Assembly: GCA_028817795.1 (NCBI GenBank)
Contig: JAPPOU010000038.1
Span: forward strand, 1 to 52,708
From: Alphaproteobacteria bacterium
GTDB lineage: Bacteria > Pseudomonadota > Alphaproteobacteria > Micavibrionales > UBA2020
Length of the DNA stretch: 52,708 bases
Direction: 5' to 3'
Part shown: one piece after another, positions 16,772-26,733 of the stretch
Layout: each line of letters begins with the position of its first letter
Numbering within the stretch: position 1 is the first letter of the stretch
The notes under the pieces: model-generated
The model's input: the letters and a program-made list of their open reading frames with translations, nothing else
Told to the model about the DNA's origin: nothing
Databases searched by the model: none
Program-made: the position numbers and the translations under genes

Positions 16772-18136
16772 ATGGCCCGCGCCCAACGTCTTTACGTCTG
16801 CCAATCCTGCGGCACGTCCTATAACAAATGGGCGGGCAAGTGCGAAGCCTGCGCCGAATGGAACTGCATCACCGAAGAAGCCGCACCCGATGCACCGCCC
16901 AAGGGCCTTGGCCGCATCAAAGGCAAAACAATTGAGCTGGTTTCATTGGCCGGTGTTTCAGAAGCACCACCCCGGCGCAAATGCGGCATGCCCGAATTTG
17001 ACCGCGTCACCGGCGGCGGGTTGGTGGCAGGCTCCGCCGTCTTGATCGGCGGCGATCCTGGCATTGGCAAATCAACATTGCTGATGCAGGTCACAGGGCA
17101 ACTGGCAAAAACGGGCGGGCGCTGCCTGTATATTTCGGGCGAGGAAGCAGCGGGCCAAGTACGCATGCGCGCGCAAAGGCTGGGCCATGCCGATGCGCCC
17201 GCCGACCTTGCCACATCCACCAATGTGCGCGATATCATCGCCACAATGGAAAAGGAAAAATATGACGTCATCGTCATCGATTCTATCCAAACCATGTATC
17301 TCGACATGCTCGATTCCGCGCCCGGCACGGTGGCGCAGGTCAGAGCGAGCGCACAAGAACTCATCCGCGCCGCCAAACGCCGGGGCACCTGCCTTTTACT
17401 GGTCGGCCACGTGACCAAGGAAGGCCAGATTGCAGGCCCCCGTGTTCTGGAGCACATGGTCGATACCGTTTTGTATTTCGAAGGTGATCGCGGCCATGCC
17501 TTTCGCATTCTCCGCGCTGTCAAAAACCGCTTTGGCGCCACAGATGAAATCGGTGTTTTTGAAATGGCGGAACAGGGCTTGATCGAGGTTGAAAACCCTT
17601 CGGAAATATTCCTCTCGCAACGCCAACAAAATATTTCGGGTAGCGCTGTCTTTGCAGGGATGGAGGGGACACGCCCCTTGCTCGTCGAAATTCAGGCGCT
17701 TGTGGCACCATCGCCGCTGGGCACACCGCGCCGCGCCGTCATCGGCTGGGATTCAAGCCGCCTGTCCATGGTGCTGGCCGTGCTGGAAGCCCGCTGCGGT
17801 GTGGCCATTGGCGCGAATGATGTTTACCTGAACGTTGCAGGCGGGTTGAAAATTTCTGAACCCGCCGCCGATCTTGCCGTTGCATCGGCACTGGTCTCTG
17901 CCATGTCGGGCATCCCTGTGCCGGACGACATGATTATATTCGGCGAAATTGGCTTGTCCGGTGAAATCCGCCATGTCACGCAAACGGAGCAACGCCTGAA
18001 GGAAGCGGCCAAGCTGGGCTTTAAACACGCCCTTGCCCCTGCAATCCACACCCGTAAAGCGCCAAAGGTTGAGGGCATCAAGACCACGGAAACAAAACAA
18101 CTCAAAGACATTCTGCCGCTGTTTAGCGAGGAGTAA
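16772..18136 (+). CDS. radA: DNA repair protein RadA/Sms
   Basis: N-terminal zinc finger YVCQSCGTSYNKWAGKCEACAEWN, Walker A GGDPGIGKSTLL, KNRFG motif and a Lon-like C-domain. Confidence 0.95.
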   Translation: MARAQRLYVCQSCGTSYNKWAGKCEACAEWNCITEEAAPDAPPKGLGRIKGKTIELVSLAGVSEAPPRRKCGMPEFDRVTGGGLVAGSAVLIGGDPGIGKSTLLMQVTGQLAKTGGRCLYISGEEAAGQVRMRAQRLGHADAPADLATSTNVRDIIATMEKEKYDVIVIDSIQTMYLDMLDSAPGTVAQVRASAQELIRAAKRRGTCLLLVGHVTKEGQIAGPRVLEHMVDTVLYFEGDRGHAFRILRAVKNRFGATDEIGVFEMAEQGLIEVENPSEIFLSQRQQNISGSAVFAGMEGTRPLLVEIQALVAPSPLGTPRRAVIGWDSSRLSMVLAVLEARCGVAIGANDVYLNVAGGLKISEPAADLAVASALVSAMSGIPVPDDMIIFGEIGLSGEIRHVTQTEQRLKEAAKLGFKHALAPAIHTRKAPKVEGIKTTETKQLKDILPLFSEE

Positions 18137-18141
18137 AGCAC

Positions 18142-18900
18142 ATGACACCCGTTCTGTTCGACATCATCGTATCTGTTATCATCCTTTTGTCTGCCGGTAT
18201 CGCATGGTATCGCGGCCTGATCCGCGAGGTTCTCACCATTATCGGCCTAGGCCTTGCCGCACTTGTCACCATCAAGGGCGGGCCCATGATGGTGCCCTAT
18301 ATGAATAAGTGGATGAACGTGACAGAAGACGGCGGCGAGAAAGCGGCAGAAATGGTAACAGACGGCATGGGATCAGACGCCACCAGCGCCGAAGCCATGC
18401 GCGGCGCCGTTTATGAAAGCGACCTGATATGGGGCATTCTTTCCCCCGGCGTGGCCGCGCAGGCGGCCGCCTATGGCAGCGTTTTTATCGGCACGTTTGT
18501 CGTTGTCGCCCTTATCAGCTTTTTCCTCTCACGCAGCATACAAGAACTGGGATTGACGGTAATTGATAAATCCGCAGGTTTTATCTTTGGCGTTGCACGT
18601 GGCTTTGCTTTGGTCTTTTTACCCTATGCCGCCGCCTTTATCATGATGAACGGCGATGACAACATGTTCAAATGGGTCCGCAACTCCGTGAGTGGCGAAG
18701 TCATGAAAACCAGCTATATATGGGCTGAGAAAAGATTTGATATCTCCGATATGGTGGAATCACGCGGCGACAAGCTGGAAATAAAAATGAACAAAGAAAC
18801 CGTGGACAATATCCGCCGCAACATGACAGAAGCAGAAATTGAGCTGCAAGAAGCGTTAAAACGCGAAGAACTCATTCGCGATAAAAACAGTCACCAATGA
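18142..18900 (+). CDS. cvpA: CvpA-family membrane protein
   Basis: N-terminus FDIIVSVIILLSAGIAWYRGLIREVLTIIGLGLAALV, plus the conserved radA-cvpA neighbourhood. It carries an unusually long charged C-terminal tail. Confidence 0.75.
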   Translation: MTPVLFDIIVSVIILLSAGIAWYRGLIREVLTIIGLGLAALVTIKGGPMMVPYMNKWMNVTEDGGEKAAEMVTDGMGSDATSAEAMRGAVYESDLIWGILSPGVAAQAAAYGSVFIGTFVVVALISFFLSRSIQELGLTVIDKSAGFIFGVARGFALVFLPYAAAFIMMNGDDNMFKWVRNSVSGEVMKTSYIWAEKRFDISDMVESRGDKLEIKMNKETVDNIRRNMTEAEIELQEALKREELIRDKNSHQ

Positions 18901-19343
18901 CGGAAAAAACAAAACGCGCCCTGCCTCTTGCGCACACACTGGGACTATCTGCCGCCGCTGCGGGTGCTGCAATATTCGGCCATGCCCGTGCTATGGACTA
19001 TGTCACGCTCACGGCGACAGCACCTCAACGCCTCTCTTATGCCTACCTTGCCGTTTTCATAGGCGTTTTTGCTATGGGATATGCCGGCGCGAAATTCGCG
19101 CTTCGGCATAAAAAGGGATTGGGGGTAAAGGGTGTGGCCCCTGTTGCCGCACGCGCCATCATTATCGCTTTTTGCGCGGCCCTGCCCTTGCTTTGGCTGT
19201 TGCGTGACGGGAAATCTACAGTCTCGCTCCAAAAGCTGATCGATGCCGCGCCCGTCACCGCCGAAAAAACCATTGAAAAAGGATACGCCAAGGATGATCG
19301 CGACGAACTGGATGCGCTGATTGGCCGGGAAGGAACACCATGA
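18897..19343 (+). CDS. Hypothetical membrane protein (148 aa)
   Basis: Three hydrophobic segments. ATGA overlaps with both neighbours (18897-18900 and 19340-19343) indicate translational coupling. Confidence 0.55.
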   Translation: MTEKTKRALPLAHTLGLSAAAAGAAIFGHARAMDYVTLTATAPQRLSYAYLAVFIGVFAMGYAGAKFALRHKKGLGVKGVAPVAARAIIIAFCAALPLLWLLRDGKSTVSLQKLIDAAPVTAEKTIEKGYAKDDRDELDALIGREGTP

Positions 19344-20047
19344 CACAAAAACTTGAAAATCGTATTGCCCTGATTACCGGCGCATCACGCGGCCTTGGCG
19401 CTGCCATCGCCCAAGCCTATGCCAAGGAAGGCGCGCAAGTGATATTGCTGGCCCGCAACGTCAAGGCGCTGGAAGAAGTGGATGACCGTATACAAGCCGC
19501 AGGCGGAAAAGCCACATTGATGCCCTTTGACCTTTTACAGACAGACAAAATTGAAGCCATTGGCCCCACCATCGCGGAACGGTTTGGCAAGCTTGATATT
19601 TTTGTCGGCAATGCCGCCATGCTCGGCGCGCTTAGCCCCGTATCCCACACCGATCCCAAAACGCAAGACAAGGTTTTTAACGTGAATTATTTTGCCAATG
19701 TGCAAATGATTCGTACGCTGGACCCTTTATTACGCGGATCAGACGCAGGCCGCGCCATTTTCGTGACATCGGGCGCTGCCACAGCACACACGCCGTATTG
19801 GAGCACCTATGCCGCATCAAAAGCCGCACTGGAATGCATGGCCGCAACCTATGCCGCCGAAGTTGCCTTTAGCCCATTGAAGGTCAATATCGTCGACCCC
19901 GGCATTTTGCGCACAGGCTTAAGGGCTGAAGCGTTTCCGGGCGAAGACCCGCTGGAACTGCCAGAACCTGCCGATATCACACAGCGCTTTATCGACCTTG
20001 CCGCCCCTGACTGCACCGAAACCGGGCAGATCGTGAAGGCCGCATGA
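19340..20047 (+). CDS. Short-chain dehydrogenase/reductase (SDR) family oxidoreductase
   Basis: Cofactor motif ALITGASRGLGAAIA, NAA motif, and catalytic YAASKAAL (YxxxK). Confidence 0.85.
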   Translation: MTQKLENRIALITGASRGLGAAIAQAYAKEGAQVILLARNVKALEEVDDRIQAAGGKATLMPFDLLQTDKIEAIGPTIAERFGKLDIFVGNAAMLGALSPVSHTDPKTQDKVFNVNYFANVQMIRTLDPLLRGSDAGRAIFVTSGAATAHTPYWSTYAASKAALECMAATYAAEVAFSPLKVNIVDPGILRTGLRAEAFPGEDPLELPEPADITQRFIDLAAPDCTETGQIVKAA

Positions 20048-20982
20048 GCATCGCCAATCCGCATCTGCAGGAAGAAAATACAGCAGACACACGGCTGAAA
20101 AAAGCCGCCACAATGGCAAGCCTTGCCGTGGCAGGCATTCTTATCGTCACAAAATTCATGGCCTATGCCATTACCGGTTCCGTTTCCATCATGTCATCAT
20201 TGCTGGATTCGGCCTTTGACATGGCCGCATCCTTTATTACCCTGCTGGGCATCATACAAGCCGCCGCGCCTGCCGATCACAGCCACCGTTTTGGCCACGG
20301 CAAGATCGAAGCGCTGGCCGCCATGGGGCAGGCCCTGTTCGTGGCTGGTTCCGCGCTGTTTCTTTTGTTTGAATCCCTTCACCGCTTTTTGCACCCCAAA
20401 GCCATTGCGCAGCCCACTATCGGCATCTATGTCATGCTGCTCTCCATTGCGCTGACCCTTCTTCTTGTCCTTTTTCAAAAATATGTCATCGACAAAACGC
20501 AATCCGTTGCGGTTTCGGCAGATCATCTGCATTACAAGGGCGATCTTTTAATGAACCTTGGCGTCATAGCCACAATTACGGCATCCATGTACACGCCCTG
20601 GCCCTATCTGGACCCACTGTTCGCCGGGGCCGTTGCGCTGTATCTTTTGTACGGGGCGCGGGATATCGGCCGCGATTCCGTCGATATCCTCTTGGACCGC
20701 GAACTGCCTGATGCAGACAGGGAAAAAATACTGGCGCTGGCATCAAGCCACCCCGCCGCCCGCGCCGTGCATGACCTGCGCACCCGCACGACGGGCGATC
20801 GCATGTTCATCGAATTTCATTTGGAGATGGATGCGGACATGTCGCTTTCCGCCGCGCATGATGTGACTGAGGAAATCGAGAAAATCCTTTACGATTCCTT
20901 CCCGAAATCAGAAGTCATCATTCACCAGGAGCCTTACGGGATCGACGATCACCGGCTGGATGACCAGATTGCAAAGGCTTAA
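20044..20982 (+). CDS. Cation diffusion facilitator (CDF) family metal efflux transporter, FieF/YiiP-like
   Basis: LLDSAFDMAASFITLL...PADHSHRFGHGKIEALAAMGQ matches the FieF-type metal site. Six TM segments plus a cytoplasmic C-domain. Confidence 0.85.
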   Translation: MSIANPHLQEENTADTRLKKAATMASLAVAGILIVTKFMAYAITGSVSIMSSLLDSAFDMAASFITLLGIIQAAAPADHSHRFGHGKIEALAAMGQALFVAGSALFLLFESLHRFLHPKAIAQPTIGIYVMLLSIALTLLLVLFQKYVIDKTQSVAVSADHLHYKGDLLMNLGVIATITASMYTPWPYLDPLFAGAVALYLLYGARDIGRDSVDILLDRELPDADREKILALASSHPAARAVHDLRTRTTGDRMFIEFHLEMDADMSLSAAHDVTEEIEKILYDSFPKSEVIIHQEPYGIDDHRLDDQIAKA

Positions 20983-21475
20983 CGCCCACAGCGCGCTTAA
21001 TCTTCCGCGCCCGCACCGTTCCCTTTTCCGCTGCCGCCTGAAAAGCCAGAACAACGCGCCGCCTGTCTTCTGCTTCAAAAAGAGACAACATGCCACGCCC
21101 ACCGTGGACCGCCGCCCAGCTGCGTGGCGTCATGCCCCAAGACGTTTTGATATCCATGTCAGCGCCCTGCGCAAGAAGGAATTTTACCGTCTCCACACGT
21201 TCCTTATGCACAGCCATTAAAAGAGCCGTATATCCCTTCATTTCAGCTTGCATATTAATATCCGCACCCTTATCAAGCATGACTTCTAAAAGGCGGGTAT
21301 AGCCCTTTTCCGCCGCGACGACAAAGGCCGGGTGACCTTTCGAGGCTTGCGCATTGACATCCGCACCATCCTTAACACAGTCAATACACGCATCCTCGTT
21401 TTCCTTGAAAACTGGAAAGGACAAAATTGAAAAAAGAGTGCGTGTACGACTATTGCGCTGATCTTTAGAAGGCAT
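20918..21475 (-). CDS. Ankyrin-repeat protein (A5, about 185 aa)
   Basis: ANK repeats (GHPAFVVAAEKGYTRLLEVMLDKGADIN; GYTALLMAVHKERVETVKFLLAQGADMD). The ATG at 21475 is preceded by AAGGAAGGG; the track start at 21484 is a GTG directly abutting that SD. The 3' end overlaps the convergent CDF gene by 65 nt. Confidence 0.8.
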   Translation of the reverse strand: MPSKDQRNSRTRTLFSILSFPVFKENEDACIDCVKDGADVNAQASKGHPAFVVAAEKGYTRLLEVMLDKGADINMQAEMKGYTALLMAVHKERVETVKFLLAQGADMDIKTSWGMTPRSWAAVHGGRGMLSLFEAEDRRRVVLAFQAAAEKGTVRARKIKRAVGVKPLQSGHPAGDRRSRKAPGE

Positions 21476-22007
21476 GGCGTTCACCCTTCCTTAACCCATC
21501 TGAAGCCTGAGGTTTTTTCACACGCAGGATTTTCCGACGGGTAGCCGTACCCTTTTCCGCCGCAGCGCGGAAATCTGCTGCAATACGCTTCTTCTCTTCC
21601 TGATAAAAAAGAGATAAAAGTTCTCTTTTGCTATATTTAGCGGCAAGGGCATATGCACTGTCACCCGTCCTGTTTTTTAATCGGAAATCCGCACCCTGCG
21701 CCACCAACATAGCCACAAGGCCTATACGCTTATGACGTGCGGCATAGTGCAGCGCTGTATTGCCATACGCATCACGCATGTTTACATCTGCGCCGTTTTC
21801 TAGCAGGGCGCGCGCTACTTTTTCATACCCGTTCCGCGCCGTACACATCAGCGGCGTCAAGCGATAGCTCATAAATGTCGTATTCACACACGCGCCAGAT
21901 TGGATAGCTTTCAGGCCAACATCTTGGTCCGCGCCAGAATTTATAACCATGTCCACCAAGCGGCGGGTCGCATAATGAACTTTTGGATTTAAGCGCTTCC
22001 AGTCCAT
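21465..22007 (-). CDS. Ankyrin-repeat protein (A6, 180 aa)
   Basis: ANK repeats (LTPLMCTARNGYEKVARALLENGADVN; GNTALHYAARHKRIGLVAMLVAQGADF). It begins 4 nt after the der stop and overlaps the A5 start by 11 nt. Confidence 0.85.
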   Translation of the reverse strand: MDWKRLNPKVHYATRRLVDMVINSGADQDVGLKAIQSGACVNTTFMSYRLTPLMCTARNGYEKVARALLENGADVNMRDAYGNTALHYAARHKRIGLVAMLVAQGADFRLKNRTGDSAYALAAKYSKRELLSLFYQEEKKRIAADFRAAAEKGTATRRKILRVKKPQASDGLRKGERHAF

Positions 22008-22010
22008 AGG

Positions 22011-23420
22011 CTAATCCACATACGGGTTCTTGCTGGCCTTAACCAGAAAACGCACCGGCACGCCCGGCACGTCAAAATCACGACGCAAATTGTTTATCAA
22101 ATAACGCTTATGCGTTTCAGGGTAATCGTTCGGGCGCGACACCCAAAGGGCGAACGTGGGGGGGCGTGCTTTAATTTGCGTGATATACCGCAGCCGGTTT
22201 TGGCGCCCCTGCGCCAGTGGTGCGGGATGTTGCGATTCCATCTGCGCCAGCCAGCGGTTCAGCCTGCCCGTCGGCACGCGGCTGTTCCACAGGGCATAGA
22301 CATCCAAAACAGCCTGCATCAACTTATCAAGCCGCGTACCGTTCAAGGCTGATAATGTCACCAGCGGCACGCCTGCCGCCTGCGCCAGCGATTTTTTAAG
22401 CTGTTTTTTTAAGTTTTCCAGCGTTTCCTCGCGTTCTTTCACGCTGTCCCATTTATTGACCGCCACGACCATGGCGCGTCCCTCTTCAAACACATGGCCT
22501 GCAATGGCAAGGTCTTGGTGCGAAAACTTTTCATTGGCATCGATCATCATAATCACGACATGCGCCAAGCGAATAGCGCGGATCGTATCCTCTGCCGACA
22601 TACGCTCGATATAATCGACAACCTTTGCCTTTTTTCGCAGGCCTGCCGTATCCACCAGCCGCATATTACGCCCGCCAAAGGACCAATCGACATGAACGGC
22701 ATCCCGTGTAATACCGGCCTCCGGCCCGGTCATTGACCGCTCTTCCCCGACAAGCTTGTTCAGCAGTGTCGACTTCCCCACATTGGGGCGACCCACAATA
22801 GCAATGCGGATTGGAATTTCCGGCGCTTCTTCTTCTGCCTCTTCATCGCCAAAACCCGTTTCGGACCCTTCGGCATATTGAATATCAATATCGCCACCTT
22901 CCCCGCTGCCATCGATTAAAGCCTCATCATCCCCGATATGCGGCTGCAAAAGATCAAAAAGCTCTCCCATGCCAAGGCCGTGTTCGGCGGATATGGCGAT
23001 CGGCTCACCAAGGCCAAGCTCATAAGCTTCGTATAAACCGTCAATACCCTTGCCTTCGCATTTATTTGCAACCAAGGCCGCAGGAATGCGCTGGCGCCGC
23101 AAAAAGTCGGCAAAGTGCCTGTCCATCGGCGTCACGCCGGCGCGGGCATCGATCACCAAAAGCGCCATATCCGCTTTTTCCAGCGCAGCTTCGGTCTGGC
23201 GGCGCATCCGGCCTTGTATGGAGGCATCAAAACTTTCCTCCAGCCCGGCGGTATCAATAACATCAAAGGATAGCCCCATAAGATGCGCAGGAGCCAAACG
23301 CCAGTCACGCGTCAACCCCGGCGTATCATGCACCAGCGCCAGTTTTTTGCCGCACAAACGGTTAAACAATGTGGATTTTCCGACATTCGGGCGGCCTATG
23401 ATGGCAAGGGTAAAGGCCAT
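22011..23420 (-). CDS. der: Ribosome-associated GTPase Der (EngA)
   Basis: Two GTPase domains (GRPNVGKSTLFNRL and GRPNVGKSTLLNKL, DTAG twice, NKCE/NKWD) and a KH-like C-terminus. Confidence 0.95.
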   Translation of the reverse strand: MAFTLAIIGRPNVGKSTLFNRLCGKKLALVHDTPGLTRDWRLAPAHLMGLSFDVIDTAGLEESFDASIQGRMRRQTEAALEKADMALLVIDARAGVTPMDRHFADFLRRQRIPAALVANKCEGKGIDGLYEAYELGLGEPIAISAEHGLGMGELFDLLQPHIGDDEALIDGSGEGGDIDIQYAEGSETGFGDEEAEEEAPEIPIRIAIVGRPNVGKSTLLNKLVGEERSMTGPEAGITRDAVHVDWSFGGRNMRLVDTAGLRKKAKVVDYIERMSAEDTIRAIRLAHVVIMMIDANEKFSHQDLAIAGHVFEEGRAMVVAVNKWDSVKEREETLENLKKQLKKSLAQAAGVPLVTLSALNGTRLDKLMQAVLDVYALWNSRVPTGRLNRWLAQMESQHPAPLAQGRQNRLRYITQIKARPPTFALWVSRPNDYPETHKRYLINNLRRDFDVPGVPVRFLVKASKNPYVD

Positions 23421-23429
23421 GACGAAACC

Positions 23430-24746
23430 TTAGCGGTAAACGGCAAGGCGGCCGTCTTCCGTCAACAATAAAAGGCTGCCGTCCGCCACCACCGGGGGGA
23501 CGGTGACGCTGCCCGGCAGTTTTGTTTCACGCACAACCTTGCCGCTTTGCGGGTCCAGTTCCATCATGCGTCCGCCAGAGGATGCAACAATCAAGCGACC
23601 GCCTGCCAAAACAGGGCCGGTCCAGACAATCGTTTCTTCCTTGTCGTCATCTTCATATCGCGGCAAATCCGCCACCCAATGAATACCGCCATCCTGACGC
23701 GACAGGGCCACAAGCTGCTGGTCTGCCGTCACAATAAACAGGTGCGCGCCCGCCACATAGGGCGTTTCCGCAGAGCCTGTTTCGCGCTGCCACAAACGCC
23801 GCCCCGTCACCTGGTCAATCGCGACAAGCCGCCCGCTATAGCTGACGGCATAAACAACGCCCTGCTCCAGCACAGGCAGGCCGCGTATATCGGCAATAGA
23901 TGATAAAGCACCCATTTTCCGAACGGCGGAGAGGTTATCTTCCCACACAACGCGCCCATTTTCGGGCCTGAGGCCGAAAATCTCGCCGGAAGACAGGGGC
24001 AACACCACCAGGGATTTATCAGCCGCAACGGAAGCCGCGCCCAAAAGATTGGTCGTCTCGCTCACGCCCTTGTAATCCCAAAGCGGCGCGCCATCGCTGG
24101 CTGCGAAAACCAAAAGCTTGTTATCCATCGTAATCACGTAAACGCGGTCATCCGCCACGGTCGGCGCAGACCGCGCTGGCGATGCAATCGGGCGGCTCCA
24201 AATCATATGTCCGGTTTCAGGATTAATCGCAGCCAAATATTTATAACCGCTGGTCACGTACAAACGCCCCGCCGCATAGCCAAGACCACCACCTTGCAGG
24301 CCTGTATCCTCTTCGCCCTTGGGCACCACGTTTTGTTGCCAGCGCGATTTTCCGGTTTTCAAATCAAAAGCACGGACAGTGCCCCGCGTATCAATCGTGA
24401 AAACAAGCCCCTCGGCCACAATGGGGGCGGATGTGAGCGGCGCGCGGCGACCACCGCCCTTGCCCACAGATTCTTCCCATGCCTTTTTCAATTCCGCATC
24501 AAGATCCAGATGCCCCATGGCATGGTTGGGATAACCGCCGTTTTGCGGCCAGTAACGATTGGTCCAGGCTTGCGGCAGCGCAAGTTCCGCTTGTTCCAGC
24601 GCGGGGTCTGGCAAAAGATCGTTTTGCAATTGCAAAACGGAAATACGCTCGCCTTCCAGCGGCACCTTGCCGTCTTGCGCAAAATTACTGCAGGCCGACA
24701 GGGTCAGCAGCAGGGCGGCAAAGCTTATAGATAAATGGCGGCGCAT
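23430..24746 (-). CDS. bamB: Outer-membrane protein assembly factor BamB (PQQ-like beta-propeller lipoprotein)
   Basis: Lipoprotein signal MRRHLSISFAALLLTLSAC, repeated beta-propeller blades, and the conserved yfgM-bamB-der order. Start chosen at ATG 24746 (SD GGTGAGGGG) rather than the track's 24794. Confidence 0.85.
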   Translation of the reverse strand: MRRHLSISFAALLLTLSACSNFAQDGKVPLEGERISVLQLQNDLLPDPALEQAELALPQAWTNRYWPQNGGYPNHAMGHLDLDAELKKAWEESVGKGGGRRAPLTSAPIVAEGLVFTIDTRGTVRAFDLKTGKSRWQQNVVPKGEEDTGLQGGGLGYAAGRLYVTSGYKYLAAINPETGHMIWSRPIASPARSAPTVADDRVYVITMDNKLLVFAASDGAPLWDYKGVSETTNLLGAASVAADKSLVVLPLSSGEIFGLRPENGRVVWEDNLSAVRKMGALSSIADIRGLPVLEQGVVYAVSYSGRLVAIDQVTGRRLWQRETGSAETPYVAGAHLFIVTADQQLVALSRQDGGIHWVADLPRYEDDDKEETIVWTGPVLAGGRLIVASSGGRMMELDPQSGKVVRETKLPGSVTVPPVVADGSLLLLTEDGRLAVYR

Positions 24747-24756
24747 AGCAAACCCC

Positions 24757-25404
24757 TCACCTTTTTTGTTCCACGTCGGCGGCATAAAGCGCATGCAGCG
24801 TCATCGCCCGCGTGCGTAAATCTTGCGGCGTCAAAGGGTCTGCTGCCAATACGGCCAAACCCTCGACGGCATCTTTCACTTTATTTTCACGAATATTCAA
24901 AAGCGCTAGCAATTCCCGCGCTGAAAAACGCCACCAGTTCTTTTCAGCGGATAAATCTTTGAGCGTCTTGCGCAACCATGCAGGATCGCCATCATCAAGC
25001 TGCGCCGACGCCGCCTTTAAAAGCGCAAGGTCGCGCCAAACTTTCTCGCCGCCGCCTTTGGATATCTCTATCCATGTCTTAACGGCTTTGTCTCTGTCGC
25101 CCGCTGCCGCATAGGCGGCGGCCGCTTCAAAACGGGCATAGGTCGCGTGCTTTTTCCCAAGCTCTGGCGCGCGCGCCGTCAATGCTGCAGGGTCAGCCTT
25201 GCTTGCCGCCTCCAACAAAACGGACGTCATACGCATATTTTGTTTTGCTTCATACACCCGCCAAAAAGAAATGCCGCCTGTCAGCACAATCGCCGCCACA
25301 ACGCCACCGATAATCCACGCGCCGTTTTCACGCCAAAACGCCTTCAGTTCCTGTTGGCGCAGCTCTTCGCTGATTTCATGATAGAGTTCGTCAGATTCGG
25401 CCAT
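24757..25404 (-). CDS. YfgM-like TPR membrane protein (ancillary SecYEG translocon subunit family)
   Basis: Acidic N-terminus, a single TM segment (AWIIGGVVAAIVLTGGISFW), then a helical-repeat periplasmic domain. It lies upstream of bamB as in the E. coli yfgM-bamB-der order. The start could also be 25452. Confidence 0.65.
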   Translation of the reverse strand: MAESDELYHEISEELRQQELKAFWRENGAWIIGGVVAAIVLTGGISFWRVYEAKQNMRMTSVLLEAASKADPAALTARAPELGKKHATYARFEAAAAYAAAGDRDKAVKTWIEISKGGGEKVWRDLALLKAASAQLDDGDPAWLRKTLKDLSAEKNWWRFSARELLALLNIRENKVKDAVEGLAVLAADPLTPQDLRTRAMTLHALYAADVEQKR

Positions 25405-25606
25405 GGCGATCTTCTTTGTTTTTCGTTTTTTCCCAAGGGGTTTCGATATCACTTATACCCTTGCCGCGCCGATTCCTCAAGCGCTCCCCCCTTATTTTAC
25501 GTATATTATGTATATATTATTGACGCCGCATAGATATGCTGGTAAGCCTCATAAGATCATCAATATAGAAAAGCCCACCCACATGGGGCGATATGAACGG
25601 AGCGAT

Positions 25607-26146
25607 ATGTCGGGACTCAGCGATATTTTCAACAAATACGATGCCCGTGGCATGACACGGCTGCATACAGCGGCGGAGAACAACGATACCGACCAGATTC
25701 GTCGCCTTATCAATGCAGGTGCAGATCCGAACCTTGGCATCCAGCCGCAAAGCCTGGCCGCAAAACTGGTTTTTCACACACCCTATGTCGTTGGGATGTC
25801 GCCACTGCACATTGCCTGTGTTCACGGCAATCTGGATGCGGTCAAAACACTTTTGCGCAAGGGCGCGCATGTCCTGAAAACAGACATGAGCCAGAAAACG
25901 CCGCTGGATTACGCCGTCGACAAACGCGATTACTACGCAGAAAAGCAAGAAACGCTTGAAAAAAGTTTTATGAAGCGGAAAACGGCCGCGCAAAAAGCCG
26001 GGGATCAGGTGCGTCTTTACGATGATGTAATCCGGCACATGCTGAAAAACGGCGGCAGAACGCACTTTTTTGCAATACCCGAAAAATTTTCAGAGCTTAT
26101 GCATGCCGCGCCGCCGCGCATGCCACGCCGTCACGGACCGCGTTAA
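25607..26146 (+). CDS. Ankyrin-repeat protein (A7, about 179 aa)
   Basis: ANK repeats (MTRLHTAAENNDTDQIRRLINAGADPN; MSPLHIACVHGNLDAVKTLLRKGAHV). The ATG at 25607 has GGAG 4 nt upstream. The track's longer N-terminus (25403) reads through the divergent promoter region. Confidence 0.75.
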   Translation: MSGLSDIFNKYDARGMTRLHTAAENNDTDQIRRLINAGADPNLGIQPQSLAAKLVFHTPYVVGMSPLHIACVHGNLDAVKTLLRKGAHVLKTDMSQKTPLDYAVDKRDYYAEKQETLEKSFMKRKTAAQKAGDQVRLYDDVIRHMLKNGGRTHFFAIPEKFSELMHAAPPRMPRRHGPR

Positions 26147-26153
26147 TAGTCTT

Positions 26154-26663
26154 TCAGCCCGGCCCTGAAAAACCATCGCGACGCCTGATAATCGGCGGCG
26201 TATGTTTTGCACGGTGTTCAAACAAGCTATCGATGCCATTGCGAATGGCAGCAGGCATCATGTCATAGACAACGCTAAAATGATCTTTCTTGGGCAGTGT
26301 TTCCGGCATTGGCGTCACGTCGCTGCGCGCATGAAGAGCTTCTTCCATATCCCGCAACACCATAAAGGCCGTATCGAAATTCACGAATTGCGTCCAGCCC
26401 TGCTTGCTGTCATTATCCACGCGTTCGCCCGCGTGTTTAAAAAATGCTTTTTTCCATGCTTGTTCGGCGTCCTGCAGCCCCTCTGTCACCGTGCTCACGT
26501 TATGGCACATGCGCAAACGCCAATGTCCGCCCGATGCCCGTTTGGCCTCAATACGCATCCAGCGATCTTTCACATCAGCCATGCCCGGCACCGGCAGGTC
26601 GCGCGTGACCATCTTTTTTACGTCGTTAAATGCCTTGGCTTCACGATTAAACCAGAACTTCAT
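26154..26663 (-). CDS. Hypothetical protein (about 169 aa), no recognisable domain
   Basis: The ATG at 26663 has AAGGG about 9 nt upstream. The track start at 26762 would overlap the lipB start region. The C-terminus ...PPIIRRRDGFSGPG resembles the basic/Pro-Gly tails of the ankyrin proteins. Confidence 0.5.
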   Translation of the reverse strand: MKFWFNREAKAFNDVKKMVTRDLPVPGMADVKDRWMRIEAKRASGGHWRLRMCHNVSTVTEGLQDAEQAWKKAFFKHAGERVDNDSKQGWTQFVNFDTAFMVLRDMEEALHARSDVTPMPETLPKKDHFSVVYDMMPAAIRNGIDSLFEHRAKHTPPIIRRRDGFSGPG

Positions 26664-26733
26664 AGGGGGTGCCCTTACATTATGACAAAAACAAGCCTGT
26701 TGATTTCTTCGATATAACCGGCATATTAGCCAT

